DNA from: Octopus sinensis
Taxonomy: Eukaryota
DNA length: 64,000 nucleotides
Assembly (NCBI RefSeq): GCF_006345805.1
Contig: NC_043001.1
Coordinates: forward strand, 42,346,001 to 42,410,000
Reading direction: 5' to 3'
Shown: in pieces, positions 37,163 through 50,580 of the stretch
Layout: each line of letters opens with the position of its first letter
How positions within the stretch are numbered: position 1 is the stretch's first letter
Translations under genes and position numbers: made by a program
The notes under the pieces: model-generated
What the model was told of the DNA's origin: nothing
The model's input: only the letters and a program-made list of their open reading frames with translations
Database searches by the model: none

Positions 37163-37892
37163 TAGCTGGGCCCGTGCCATCAAAAATTATGGCTAATTGT
37201 ACTATTTTATATAATAAATAAGGTACAAAATCAAGATTTAGGTTTAATATTCTTTTATTACTAAAATTTTTGTGAAAAAATCTATCCGCAGCTAACATCC
37301 TTTGACTGCTTTTTTCCTTCAAAAGTATTTTCAAGTTTTCCTTCCTTCTTGTCCGACTTAAGGCCACATAAAGCTGGCCAGGACTAAATACGGGAGCTGC
37401 CAAGTAAATACCAAATACACAGATTTGAAACACTGTTTGATTTTTCTTTTCAGCATTGAATATTCACCATCCCACTTCCATTGTGTGCACACACACAAAT
37501 GCACACACAACCACACACAAACACACATGCATGCAGGCACACACACATTCACATATTCTCTTTTACATACACATACATATATTCACACAGAGTTGAAATG
37601 CTGTTTGATTTATTTTTTCAGCGTACAATTTTCATCATCCCACTACTAAGTATGACATCACCCCTTACTTCCTTATTCATCTATCACCTATTCCTTTCTC
37701 ATTCATAAACACAAGAGTATTATCATAGAAGATTATCTCGGTAACCATGGGAGCGATGGAAAAAATACAAAGCCCAGCAACACCACTGAATCATTCTTCA
37801 CATCAGTGTAATTTTTCATGCAATTCCACCCAGCCATTTGACTGTGAATCCCAAGACAAGAAAATATACAAGAAAGAATCGCCCATATCAAA

Positions 37893-37900
<8 letters not shown>
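37162..37900 (-). mobile_element. Helitron derivative with PIF1-like helicase C-terminal remnant and CTAG 3' end
   Basis: GIYLAAPVFSPGQLYVALSR (helicase motif VI); terminus gccat-aatttttg-atggc...CTAG followed by T. Confidence 0.85.
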
Positions 37901-37925
<25 letters not shown>

Positions 37926-37970
37926 CATACTGGCAGCTAAGCCTGGTTTATATATATATATATATATATA

Positions 37971-38600
37971 TACTGGCAGCTAAGCCTGGTTTCATCTGAT
38001 GATGTGGCTATAAAACCTGCTCTGTGTAAGCATTCGACTTTTTGGGGCATGCTTACATTAAAAATCAATTTTAGAATGACTTTTTCCTGTCAAAACGCTA
38101 AAAATAACTGACCAACAAAAATAGAACAACCAAGATTCAACCAAATCAAAAAATAAACCCAAATACTAAGTGAACAAAGATGAAGCATCCCACTTCCATT
38201 GCATGTGCACATGCACACACACATTCACATAACCCCCTTTTACATACACACACAGTCAGTATGACATCACCCCTTCTTTTCTTATTCATCTATCACCCCT
38301 TTGTTTCTCATTCATAAACCAAGAATATTATTATAATAGATTATCTCAGTAACCATGCAAGCTATGAAAACAATATGACGTTACCCCTCCTTCTTTATTC
38401 ATCTATCACCCCTCCCTTTCTCATTCATAAACACAAGAGTATTATTATAGTATATTATCTCGGTAACCATGGGAGCTATTAAATACAAAGCCCAACATCA
38501 CCACTGGATCATTCAACACATCTGTGTAATTTTTTGTGCAATTCCACCCAACCGTTTGACTATGAATCCCAAGACAAGAAAGAAACGCCCTTGTCAAATT
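37971..38600 (-). mobile_element. Non-autonomous Helitron-like copy 2
   Basis: Shares its internal sequence with 37430-37895; decayed 3' end actggcagctaagcctgg, duplicated at 37928-37950. Confidence 0.7.
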
Positions 38601-38676
<76 letters not shown>

Positions 38677-38702
38677 ATTATAAATGTAGAATAAAACATC
38701 TA

Positions 38703-38778
<76 letters not shown>

Positions 38779-39769
38779 AAATAACATCAGAGATGCTTTG
38801 CCTTGAACAGAAACTGCAGTAGCTATTTAAAGATGTTGAAAACTCTTTCATTTTATGATATAAATCAAACAATTGCACAATTGTGAACCCTTCTACATCA
38901 TCGGCTGTTATCTCAGTGTCATGGGTGTTTTTACCCTTTTGCCTGCATGCTTTGCCTGAATGGAGTAGTGAGAGGTGAATAAGCTTTCACCTACAGAAGG
39001 GGTTCCATTTGTAGGCTCTTGTCAACTGTAACCACCTTGAGCTATTCTCAGCTCCTTAGTGGCTTTCTTCAGGTGGACCTTCTCTCAGTACCCTAGTAGT
39101 TCAAGTTACTAAGAGTTGCTACACATACACACACAACACACATGCATGCACGCACACACACACACACACACATATTTTCTCTCTTTTTTTCTATCTCTGT
39201 ACATACATATGTGCTCACATACAGATGTGTTATATTGAAAACATGTTCAAAATTATTCTGTTTTTAAAATTATTTTCAAATCTTTTTATAAGAACCTTGC
39301 ATTTTGTTTGGAATAGAAGTTTGTAAATTCATTTTTATTGACATTTCTAAACTATCTCAGGTTCATCAGCAGGTTCTGTCTTGTTTATAGGGAACAACTT
39401 TTGTTCATACAGACTTTACCATCAGAATTTAACCACTAGGATTCTATATAATCAGGCAAATATTTTGGCTGTTGGATTCACAAATCATTAATACTGTGTT
39501 TATCTTGTTGGTGACATGTGTATATTGTTTGTATGTTAATTCTAGTTTAATGCTTTGTTATAAGTATAGCTTTCATAATTGATATCAGTATTGATTTCAT
39601 GTCAAAAAACAGAGATAAAATCAAATATAAACAAAATACATACATATGTCACAAACAGTATAAAAATGCACTTGATTATGTGGAACTCCAATGGTCAGAT
39701 TCTGGTAGTAAGATCTGCATAAACAAAAGTCATCCAATATAAACACAGCAGTATAAAAACCAGCAACAG

Positions 39770-40140
39770 TACACATCCTGGACAGAAGGTTGAGACCTTT
39801 ACCTTTTACCTTATATTTGTTTCAATCATTGGATCATGGCCATGCTGGGACACCACCTTGAAAAGTTTAGTTGAACAAACTGACTCTAGTACTTATATTT
39901 TTAAAGCTTGGTACTTATTCTGCTAGTCTCTTTTACCCAACTGTTAAATTATGAAGATGTAAACAAAGCAACACCAGTTTTCAAGCAGTGTGGGGGACAC
40001 ACACACAAACACACATATAAATATATGCACACACACACACAAACACACACACAGTAGAAGAGACTTGGTCAAGGTGCCACACAGTGGAACTGAACCCAAG
40101 ACTACATGGTTGGGAAACAAGCTTCTTAATGATACAACTA
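39770..40140 (-). mobile_element. CORE-type SINE (OR1/OR2-like)
   Basis: Reverse complement of the 23400-23760 family. Confidence 0.75.
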
Positions 40141-40294
40141 TGCCTGGACCTATGTGATAATCTAGAAGCATTTATAAAAATGAATTGAGGAACTTTGTTC
40201 CAACCAAACTGCCAAGGCCTTACCGAAGATATATAGTGGTATTTCTGGTACATCTAAAAGAAAAGCTGCTTCGCAAACATATATACATACATGC

Positions 40295-40362
<68 letters not shown>

Positions 40363-40496
40363 ATACAGCTTTTCTTTTAGATGTACCAGAAATACCACTA
40401 TGTTCCCGTTTTTATCATTTTTATTGAGGTTTTATTTTTATATATATGTCCATGTGAATTGTCCATGTCAAATTTTTTTTATATATATATATATAT

Positions 40497-41075
40497 AAAT
40501 TTGACATGGACAATTCTTTCTTGTCTTGGGATTCATGGTTGAATGGTTGGGTGGAATTGTGCAAAAAAAATTACACAGATGTGTAGAATGATCCGGTGGT
40601 ATTGCTGGGCTTTGTATTTTTTCATAGCTCCCATGGTTACCAAGATAATCTACTATAATAATACTCTTGTATTTATGAATGAGAAAGGAAGGGGTGATAG
40701 ATGAATAAGGAAGGAAGGGGTGATGTCATACTTGGAAGTGGGATGATGAAAATTATATGCTGAAAAAAATAAATCAAACAGCATTTCAACTCTGTGTGAA
40801 TATGTGTGTGTACGTAAAAGGGGTATGTGAATGTGGGTGTGTGTGTGTGTTTATGTGTGCGTATGCAATGGAAGTGGGATGGTTCATCTTTGTTCAGTTA
40901 GTATTAGGGTTTATTTTTTGATTTGGTTGAATCTTGGTTGTTATTTGTTTTTTGTTGGTCAATTATTTTTAGCGTTTTGACAGAAAAAAATCATTCTAAA
41001 ATTGTTTTTTAATGTAAGTGTGCCCAAACAAGTCAAATGCTTAACATAGAGAAGGTTTTACAGCCACATCATCCA
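40497..41075 (+). mobile_element. Non-autonomous Helitron-like copy 3, inverted relative to copies 1 and 2
   Basis: Reverse complement of the 37430-37895 and 37990-38600 blocks. Confidence 0.75.
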
Positions 41076-41080
41076 TACAT

Positions 41081-41120
<40 letters not shown>

Positions 41121-41185
41121 CCAAACATACTTACATACATACATACATACATAAACCCAAGCATGAATTTATGTATGTACACACA

Positions 41186-41221
<36 letters not shown>

Positions 41222-41874
41222 AGATGTATTTGTAATTATATACATAAAAACAATAAATGAACAACACAGGAAGGACAAAGTTTGACAAATATGATATTAA
41301 TTTAATGATTCAGAGAAAGAGAGAGAGGGGGAGAGGAGAGAGAGAAAGAGACAATCTTAAATTTTTAGATGTTAGTCTGTCATGAAGAAAGAAGAGAGTA
41401 AAAAGACAAATCAGAAAAGTGAGGGAGGGAGAAATAGGAAAAAATTGAGGGGACAAAAGAACATAGGAGAAAGATCATGAGTTAGAAACTGGGGAAGAAT
41501 GCTGTTCTATGTATGGAGCTAAGATGCAAGGAAGGGGCAGGTGTGTAGATGCTTATATGTGTCTGGAAGTGAGTATAAGGAGCAGTGGTGTTAACATGTG
41601 TGTAGCCGTGTGAGCATAGTCTTCGTATGTGTATATCCCTGTGGAAGTGTGGAAGTATGGTGGCATTGGTAAGTGGAGATAAGAGTGTCTATATCATTTT
41701 TAGGTATGGAGTGTGAAAGCATGTATGTGAGGATGTGAGAGTGTATGTGTGGTGAGGAATAAAGTTGTGTATACATATCTATGTGTGTATGTATGCATAC
41801 ATACATATATATGATGTAGCACAAGGTTGAAGAAAGATGGGAAGTAATGAAATAGAGGAGGTAATGAAGTACAT

Positions 41875-42400
41875 TTATTTGGGGCACAAAGTAAATGTGT
41901 CAAGAGATAAATGCTGAAATCTCAAGAAGAATAAGGGCAGGGCAGAAGGTATTTACCACAACAAAAGATGTGCCCCCCCCCCCCCCGAAGCAAAGCTGGA
42001 CAAAACCCTTCATGCCAATCTCTTCATTAGTGCTGTTCTACTTGCACGCTTGTAAGCAATTGAGACATGGGCTACAACAAAGAGAGAAGAATATTGATTG
42101 GCTATATTATGACACAAAGGGCCTTGGAAAGATCCATACCAGGAATATCATTGCAAGAGTTTATCCAAAATAAGATGATTTGAGAAAAAAGCAGAGTGAA
42201 CACAGATGGGCCTATGCAGTTGCTGAGTGGTCTCCAAGAAAATAGAAAAGGCCACACAGAAGGCCTCCTTTAATGATGGGAAAATGATTTAGTAAGACAA
42301 TTTGGGCCAAAATGGAAAAGAACGGTGCAATCAAAAAAAGGAATTGGAAGTGCATTGTGACCAGTTGTGTATAACAACATTGAATAGTCTGGTTGCTACA
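41875..42400 (+). mobile_element. RTE LINE 3' fragment from a different subfamily
   Basis: YLGHKV, EINAEISRRIRAG and RWAYAVAEW...GRPP-like motifs. Confidence 0.7.
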
Positions 42401-43049
42401 GGTGATATATGTATATGCATATATGTAAAAATCATCATTTGGTTCACAGAAATCTGAAAGATGCTATTCACATTTATGTGTGTGTGTGTGTGTTTGTTTT
42501 TTGTCTTGTTTGAGTGGTTGGGTGTGTGTGTGTGTGTGTGTGTGTAGGGAGAGGGCAGTCTCACTTTGTCTTGATATAACAGGATGGTTGTAAGTGAGCA
42601 TTATCATCATACTGGTAGTGTCCTTCACTTCCAATTTTCTGTGAAACTTGTCTGGCCACAGGGAAATATCTAATTTAGAAACAAGTAAGTGTTGGCAACA
42701 GGAATGGTATCCAGCCAAAGAGAATCTACTTCAACAAATTCTATTTGCTCCATGTAAGCATAGAAAAGTGGACATTAAAATAATAATGATGATGATCTTG
42801 TCATCATTATCATTTTTGTGTGTGTGTGTGCGTCTGTGTGTGCATCTGCATGTGTGTGTGTGTGTGTGTGTACCTCCAGGTATTAAATTCTGCATTGCTG
42901 AAAATCTTTCCATGGCACTAAATCCATTTTTCTTTAATTTCCACATTATAAATTCAGATATGTCTGATCAAAATTTTTGAAAAGAAAACTCTTTTTGTAA
43001 TGTCATGTCCCCAATTAAGGTCATTGTTAGCAGAGACTTACTGACCTTC

Positions 43050-44480
43050 CTCTGTAAGTGCCAACTCATTAACCATGTTCTTTGTAGTCACTGATGTAGA
43101 GTGGGTGGAATGTCTATATCCTCTTCTTGTTTTGTGTCTTGTTCTTGTTCTAGGAATATCAGCTTCTAAATTAGACAAATTTTCTTAATGAGACTCAAGT
43201 TCCCCAACCTTAACTTATTATCATTTCCCTGTGCTGCAATACTATGCTGAAGTTGATGCTGACATTCTGTAGGGAAAAAATTCATAAAGTCACAGGTAAA
43301 GTCAGGCCATAGCTATGTTGTCTACTGCATCTTATAATAATGAACATTTTAAAGAAGTTTCTTATTATAAATGTTTATCCTTTCATCAATTGTTTTTGTG
43401 AGTTGTTTCGAAGTTCATCTCAGATGATATACTTTGAAGTTAGCTGTCACACATTGGATGGAGCAAAACTGCTGGGTTCCTGGAGATATATTCCACTTTC
43501 ACTGTCTCATTTAACCTCACTAAATAGCTTTGGTATATTGTCTAAAATGAGTAATACTTTGTTGGAAATATTATGCTTGGCACTGCAGCTTTCTACAGTA
43601 GAGAAAGAAAATAAACTGGTGAACTTGAACACTTTCATAGCCATCCAAGCCTTCTTACATGAATGTCAAATTACAAGTAAATTAAACTTAACATTACTCT
43701 TGAAAGCCCTTGGAATTTGGGAATGATACACAAGTAGTGGCTTTTATTTCAAATCACTGGCAGCACATACCCCTACAAGAGGCATCAAGATATTTTTGAA
43801 AAACTTGAAGCTTTATGCTAATTTTTCCTTACCAGAAATTAAAGTCCAAGTAGATATGTGCTTCTCAGAAAGTCCAGATTCATCAGCATTGTAAAACTAG
43901 TTTGTGTGTATAACTTCATTCAGTAATTTCTTCAGTTCAGAATAAACAAAGCAGTTGTTGTATCAATACTTGCAGCTGCACCTGTCATTTTAATTTTGCA
44001 CAATTTAGGCATCTTAAATACCTTTCAAACCAATCTTTACAAGGAATAAAAGGTTTAGCAGCAGAAGTTGTACCTTCTACTTTCTGAAAATTGTTGTACA
44101 AACTTGTAGCTGTCTCTTAATGACCCTCATGTGTTATGGAACGTTCAGTCTAATCTGATTATTAATCCACACTGAGGTGCTACACTATTTTAGGTATCAC
44201 CTCAAATTAATCAGAAAACAATATTCCAGCATTTAACGGAGTAACTGCTTGAGCACTTGACCAAATTTTTGTCTTCATTGTCATGTATTTTTCTCATTGT
44301 AGACATTGCAAGTGTTAATGATTTTGTAATATGGCTAAGTTTTTGTCCAACATAATACTTTTATGACTCCTTTTTAGCACTGTGTCTCCACTTCGATTTT
44401 TTGGTTTCATTTCATTAATCTGGGATGAATGTAAGGTACACCTTAGAAGTTAGAAGTTAAATCCAACAGCAGCATTAATG
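43050..44480 (-). mobile_element. Tigger/pogo-like transposase remnant, second copy
   Basis: Homologous to 1900-2960; VLLILDN, NKAWMAMKVF and FNADESGLF-like motifs. Confidence 0.8.
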
Positions 44481-44949
44481 AACAAGAACTGTACACCAAA
44501 TAGAAAAACAGTAAAATCCAAAGAAAGCAGTGATGTTCTGTATCAACAAAAAAGAGGTTGTCTTGTTTGGATATCAAGATATAAATGAATGAATGAATGA
44601 ATAAAAGGTATGAAGGAGTGAAGTGGGAGAAAGCACTGTTTGATTTAAGCTAGTTATAAGACTCAAGTCCAGTGAGGAAGTACATAAATGCTGGAAAGTA
44701 TGTTGCAATCAATAAAAACAAGGCCAGTTGAATTAGTGCATGTGCAAACAAGGTAGGGTGGAGGAGAAACAGCTCATGTTTGAAAAAGTTCAAACCAAGA
44801 TTTTAGCTTTTAAATTTGTTAAAATTTATCTGAGTTGTCATAAAGGAAGATTCACAGGCATTTATTGAAATTAGTAGACATTTTTTGCAATTTCTCTCTG
44901 TGCAGAATTCTGTTACCCAACTTTCCATATGGGGTACACCTGTATAGGC

Positions 44950-45070
44950 ACATACATACATACATACATACATACATACATACATACATACATACATACA
45001 TACATACATACATACATACATACATACATACATACATACATACATACATACATACATTCATATATACGTA
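44950..45070. repeat. (TACA)n tetranucleotide microsatellite
   Basis: Direct reading. Confidence 0.98.
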
Positions 45071-45229
45071 TGTACGTACATACACACACGAGCTGCCTTC
45101 CAAGTCATACGATGTTATCAGCCTCATGTATGCAAACTTGGTCAAGGGATGCACTTAGACACTTGGCAGTTAAAAGATGTTGCCGAAAGGGTATGATGTA
45201 ACATTCAAAGGCATTTTGGATCAATATTA

Positions 45230-45720
45230 AGCCTCTGCTGCCTTGTTTTCATTTTAGGTAGAGGTGGTCTACATCATTGTTTATGTGGAAATTATGTGTG
45301 TTTGTTAGTATTTTTTAGGTTTTCACATCACTGGCTCAGATCTCATTAAGTGTCCAATCAAGTAGTTCAAATGTTGGTATGAGTGCTGGCACTACAAACA
45401 CATTGTGGGCCACTGTTCTGTTTTATTGAATGCAGTGAGTTTTGAGGTCCAAGTTAGGTACTTGGTATTTAAACTTTAACTCTTTAGCTATTGTCTGTTT
45501 ATTACTAGGCACAGTTTTAAATTTGTTGTACTGTTTATGCTAAGTTCAAACATTGGCTCTATTGTCACGTTCAAATGCATATTCAACATATTCAGTTTCT
45601 CTTTCACAGTAAATAATTCTGCCCATACTGACAATAATGGTGATGACAAATTTTAAAGTTTGCTTGACATTTTATAAGTGTGAAAAGGGATTAAAATTTT
45701 GGTACTCCATATCAAAAATT
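45230..45720 (-). mobile_element. R4/Dong-like RT C-terminal fragment
   Basis: NRTVAHNVFVVPALIPTFELLDWTLNEI*ASDVKT resembles the R4 NK..AIN..AVPVL.Y.FG.IDWT..EI...D.KTRK motif. Confidence 0.65.
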
Positions 45721-46264
45721 CTGACAAGAATAGGTGGAAAAGAATTCTGTCTACATAATCAGTTTCATTAGTCACCTTCCTCCGTAAGTTGAGTAAAGTG
45801 TCATCCAAGCTGATGTTTATTGGTAATTAAACTTAATTTACAACATCTGTGTGTATTTATCAGCTTTGTATTTGTTGGTAATTTTTATCAACAACTTTTC
45901 CTGTAATCATGATTTGAAAAAACATACAGCAGTATGCTAAAGATCAGACATAATTTCTTGTGAGCAAGAAATGTCAAATAAAGTTTATTATAAACAACAT
46001 AAACACTTTGTAATTTAATAGCTTTCAATGTGATACCTGTTAAATAGAAATTATTTTTATTTAAAGAAAATTTAATAAAATCTCATCATAAGTATGTGAA
46101 ATTATGCTAAATACAGCTAAATTGAAAACCTTTTTCCCCTAGCTATATCAGCAATTCTGAAAACTTTTGGATGTGAATTTTACAGGAGTAGAAGCTTTTT
46201 TAACAAATTTTATCCTGAAAATCACCTGTGTAATTTATGCAGGTGTGCAATTTACATGGGTTTT

Positions 46265-46582
46265 ACAGTATATATAAATAAATTACAGAAAAACCATTAT
46301 TATGCAATTCAAACAATGATAGACATAAACCAAATCATAAATAAAAAATAAAATATATATTTTTTAAAACATATAACTAGATCGCAAAAAGTATAAAAAT
46401 GAATAATCAATATATAATACTTATCATATATTGATTATTCATTTTTATACTTTTTATGATCTAGTTATGTTTTTAAAAAATATATTTTATTTTTTATTTA
46501 TGATTTGGTTTATGTCTATCATTGTTTGAATTGCATAATAATGGTTTTTCTCTAATTTATATATATTATATATTTATACTGT
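46265..46582. repeat. AT-rich near-perfect palindrome, arms ~150 bp, 10-nt loop at 46416-46425
   Basis: e.g. aaaccattattatgcaattcaaacaatgatagacataaaccaaatcataaataaaaaataaaat mirrored exactly. Confidence 0.95.
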
Positions 46583-46660
46583 GAAATTTGATTTAATACT
46601 AAATTGAATTTTTCCCTGTAAGTTTGGAGTTATACTCCCTAATATTTTATTATTATTATT

Positions 46661-47188
46661 GAGTGAGAGAGCAGTTCATGCCATCAAAGTGACACTGGGG
46701 TAAAATATACGAAGTCTGATAAGGGTACACCAGGCACATGCATCACAACCATATGTGCGCGACATGGTGATCTCATATCAAGATAAACAGCACATGACCT
46801 TGCAGGTGGGGCCCAGTTAGAAATTTCTTCAGGTTGAGTAGCCCATCCCGCTCAAAAGGTCCATGAATAAGGGTTGTTTAAGGATGTTGAAAGAACCACC
46901 CATGTTTCCAGAGGTGAATTATTCAAACCCCAAATAATCCCTCTCAACACATGGCTATGATGCTCCCCCACTACTTCTGCTCGTGATCAGAGATGCACAT
47001 ATCGTCAGCCACTAAGGGACATGCTCAACTGGTTAAGGTCAAACAACTGACAAGCAAATCTGTGGTATTGAGCAGAATATTTGCTTTTGCCCATCTTTTA
47101 TACCAAGACAAAACAATGTACATGATAACACTTCCAATCAGTTAAGATCAGAAGCCATGAGAGCCACTGCCTGGTACTGCATCAGGGC
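46661..47188 (-). mobile_element. Non-coding interspersed element embedded in (TAA)n; copy 2
   Basis: (TAT)n directly on both sides; reverse complement of 14424-14855. Confidence 0.85.
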
Positions 47189-47265
47189 ATTATTATTATT
47201 ATTATTATTATTATTATCACACACACACACACACACACACACACACCACACACACACACACACAC

Positions 47266-47340
<75 letters not shown>

Positions 47341-48449
47341 TATTAAGATAAATATTTCTGTAGAAACAATAGCTAAAGAGTCAAAGTTTAAATACCAAAT
47401 ACCTAACTAGCCACCAAGAACTGACACACATGAAAAAATAACATACAGCTTAGTATACCTACATATACACTTACATACACATAGACTATAAACTGATATT
47501 GATCAAGCAACACAAAAATATACAACAAAACTTTGTTTGAAAACAACAACAAGCACACACACATCCATACAGACACAATCTAAATACTACTGAAGAAAAG
47601 AGTTTCTGACAAGAATACATGATCACTAAGATAGCAGACTGCCATGAAAGGATTCTGATTAATCAAATGGTTGATCAAATATTTTATTGTATATATTATT
47701 GTCATTAATACCACTTTATATCTGTTTTCTATGTTCACATGGGTTGGATGGTTCAACAGGTTTCAGTGTATTAGAGGACTATATCTTTCTCCGTCTCAGT
47801 TTTGGCATGGTTTCTATGGCCTTATGTCCTTCCCAACAGTAATAACTTTACTGACTGTTCTTGGTGCATTGTGGCATCAACACAAGAGCAGTTGTTTTGT
47901 AATTGGCAAGGTTAAAGAGTATCCTTAAGCCCTGTGTAGTCATTGCTTGAATCAATTACTAACTACTTACAGAATGGACTGGATGTTTTTTGTGGCACTT
48001 GCACGACTCTAGTATTTCAACAATCTTACTGCCATATATACATACATACGTGCATGCATGCATCTCTTCTCTTCTCACATTTCCTCCTTCTTACACAATG
48101 CCTAGCTCTCACTCCCGAATCCTGTCCTCATGGCCCTGTTTTTCTGGATCATTGCTATCCGGTAGCCCTCTGACTCTATATATACCCAGGTTTTACAACA
48201 CTTACTCACATTCTTTAATCACACTTCCTTCACAATATCCTTCCACATATATAATGGTGACATATATAAGGAGACATGCTTCAGATGAAAAAAAGGGACA
48301 GATATTTGGATACTTTGTGATGCTACACACTCTCCCCCAAAATTGCCAAACCTTAGAACTAAAAATTAATTTAGCAAATAAAATCTCAGAATACCTGTTA
48401 ACTATTGAATAAGAAATTGCATTCAATATACTCATCAGATTTATTTCAA

Positions 48450-49230
48450 AATTGAATAGCTTTAATCTGCCAGTATGGCAGAGGAAACAAGATTTTCTAA
48501 ATAGGAATTAAATAATCTATTTCTTACATTAAGTATTCTTCAATTTGAAGCTGGATTGTTTGTTTTCCAATTGCAAAAATGTTCATCAACAAAAACAGAA
48601 TATTTCAGATTGGGCAATGTCATCAGCAAAAATCTGGCCAGTGAAATTATATATAAACATGTTCTGAATATTCAAGTGGTGACATCACTACAGATTTGTC
48701 CAATTAGATTTGTTATGGAGCACATAGAAAAATACCAGATCTGAAGAGAGAAAACAGAGCTTGACATGCAGACAGTCTAAAAGAGATTAGTGACATGAAC
48801 AGTGAAGCATTATTGCATTTGGCAGAGTCTCCACATGTCAAAATACCATGTTGTGAAAGCAGTCTACACTAGCACACTCACCACTTTTACAGACATATTC
48901 TTATTTCTCCTTAACACACATTACTATACCATGAACAGAACTTTCCAATGTCACTTTGCTTTCTTATCTTGGAACTGTCATGTTCCATCATCCAGTGACT
49001 CACTCTGACACACCACTTGAACCTAATATACATTCAGTGGTTTTTCTTCTTCAGTGACTTACTCCTGATGATGCTAAGATCACCAAAGCAGAGTCCAAGC
49101 ACATACTAGAACTGGGCATAGTTAATCCAATGAGCAATAATTGGTCTTTGCCCATTCATGTAGTCTCAAAAAATCTGTTGGTAATTGGCAGCCTTGTGGT
49201 GACTATCAAATTGCCTTTTGTGACTCTTTT
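48450..49230 (+). mobile_element. CsRn1-like Gypsy gag-pol remnant
   Basis: LTPDDAKITKAESKHILELGIVNPMSNNWSLPIHVVSKK...WQPCGDY matches the start of CsRn1-type RT. Confidence 0.8.
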
Positions 49231-50094
49231 CTCAGGCATAGAGAACATAGTTCATGAATTAGCATTTTAAGATATCATTACCGTACATCTATTATTAAAA
49301 AATTCTTAATGCAGCAATTAATGAAAACTTCTCAATAAATAACTATTTCTTTGGATGGCTCTCTAATTTTGTTTATGTAAATATCAATATATAATGAAAC
49401 ACACATACAGATACATATACAGTTGTTGCGTACACTTGAGTGAAATTCCTCTCTATTATATGTACATACATACGAACATAGTAGATAACAGCTAGCCTTT
49501 GGCCGCATTTTGGACCCTGTTGTGTCCACTACTCTGACTGGTTGGTATTGGCACAATTTGTCTCTTGCTCTATCGTGTGCCAATATGCAACTCGACCAAT
49601 CGCAGCCTTCAAATAAGGTCACGTGTGACAGCCTGTTTTCTACCTCAGCTGAGCCTACAACTCCTTATAAAAAACCTAACTTTTCCTCATCTCAATGTCA
49701 TTCAGTTCCAGACCTTTTAAGGTCTGGCCACTGTCCACACAAGACACCGCCAGTTCCAGCGACAACACAACAGTAGCCACGTTAAGACTCATCAACTTCG
49801 TCTAACAGCATTGAGCGACCTCCCTCTCCGCTGCCACCATTCGTCCTAACATCAACCTCTCTCTACATACACAACTCAACAAGCAACTCAACCAGGTTAC
49901 AACATTGCACTGTTCATGAAATACTTCACCATGGATCAATATACAACTTGTGAGAACTCCTGTACCAAGTGACCCAGGCAGCAGCATCACAGCCACAACT
50001 TCATGTAAGACATGTACCGCAACTGGCTCTGCATCATTGCCGCAACTTCTTGATACAGTATTTCAGCTATCGTGTACAATTGACTAGGAACAGG

Positions 50095-50298
50095 TGTTTA
50101 TCATCCTTGTGTCTATGAACTTACTCCTCACGTTGATGGCTATAAACTCTTTCACTGTCTCTTCTTCATCGACATCCTTGTATGTTCTTAACATACACAC
50201 GCATAATCTTATTCTTATGACGGCCTGTCTATTATTCTGTATATATGACACACACACAATCACACATGTTAACATATGAATAAATCTTCTCTTAAACA
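50095..50298 (+). mobile_element. LTR-like segment with upstream purine tract
   Basis: TGTTTA...TAAACA termini, preceded by aggaacagg; TATAAA near 50141 and AATAAA near 50279. Confidence 0.45.
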
Positions 50299-50304
50299 TT
50301 CTAC

Positions 50305-50580
50305 CTGGTTGTGGCTCTTATTTCCTTCTGGCATATATATGCATTGTTCTATTTACATTTATTGTATCGACCGTGTGATGTACTAAGGAGCCATTCTCAT
50401 CACCTTGCTTCGCACAGACGTCACAAATCGGCGACCCGTTCCAGCTCCTTGAAACTACAAAACAATTTTAATGGAAGAAGGAGATACTCCACAGGTATCT
50501 AAACCTTCAATTCTATTATACTGTAATGCAACAGGTGCTAGTTATTGAAGTTCACTTCAGTTCAATAGTGACCTAAATGG
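50305..50580 (+). mobile_element. Possible 5' LTR end, PBS and gag start of a CsRn1-like element
   Basis: ...gtcACA aa TCGGCGACCCG resembles the tRNA-Trp PBS TGGTGACCCCG; IEVHF resembles gag VEAQF. Confidence 0.35.

Noticed and set aside
46661-47188. HDV-like ribozyme in the (TAA)n-flanked element
   Set aside because: I could not build a P1/P2/P3/L3 nested pseudoknot by eye; it needs a descriptor search on the consensus
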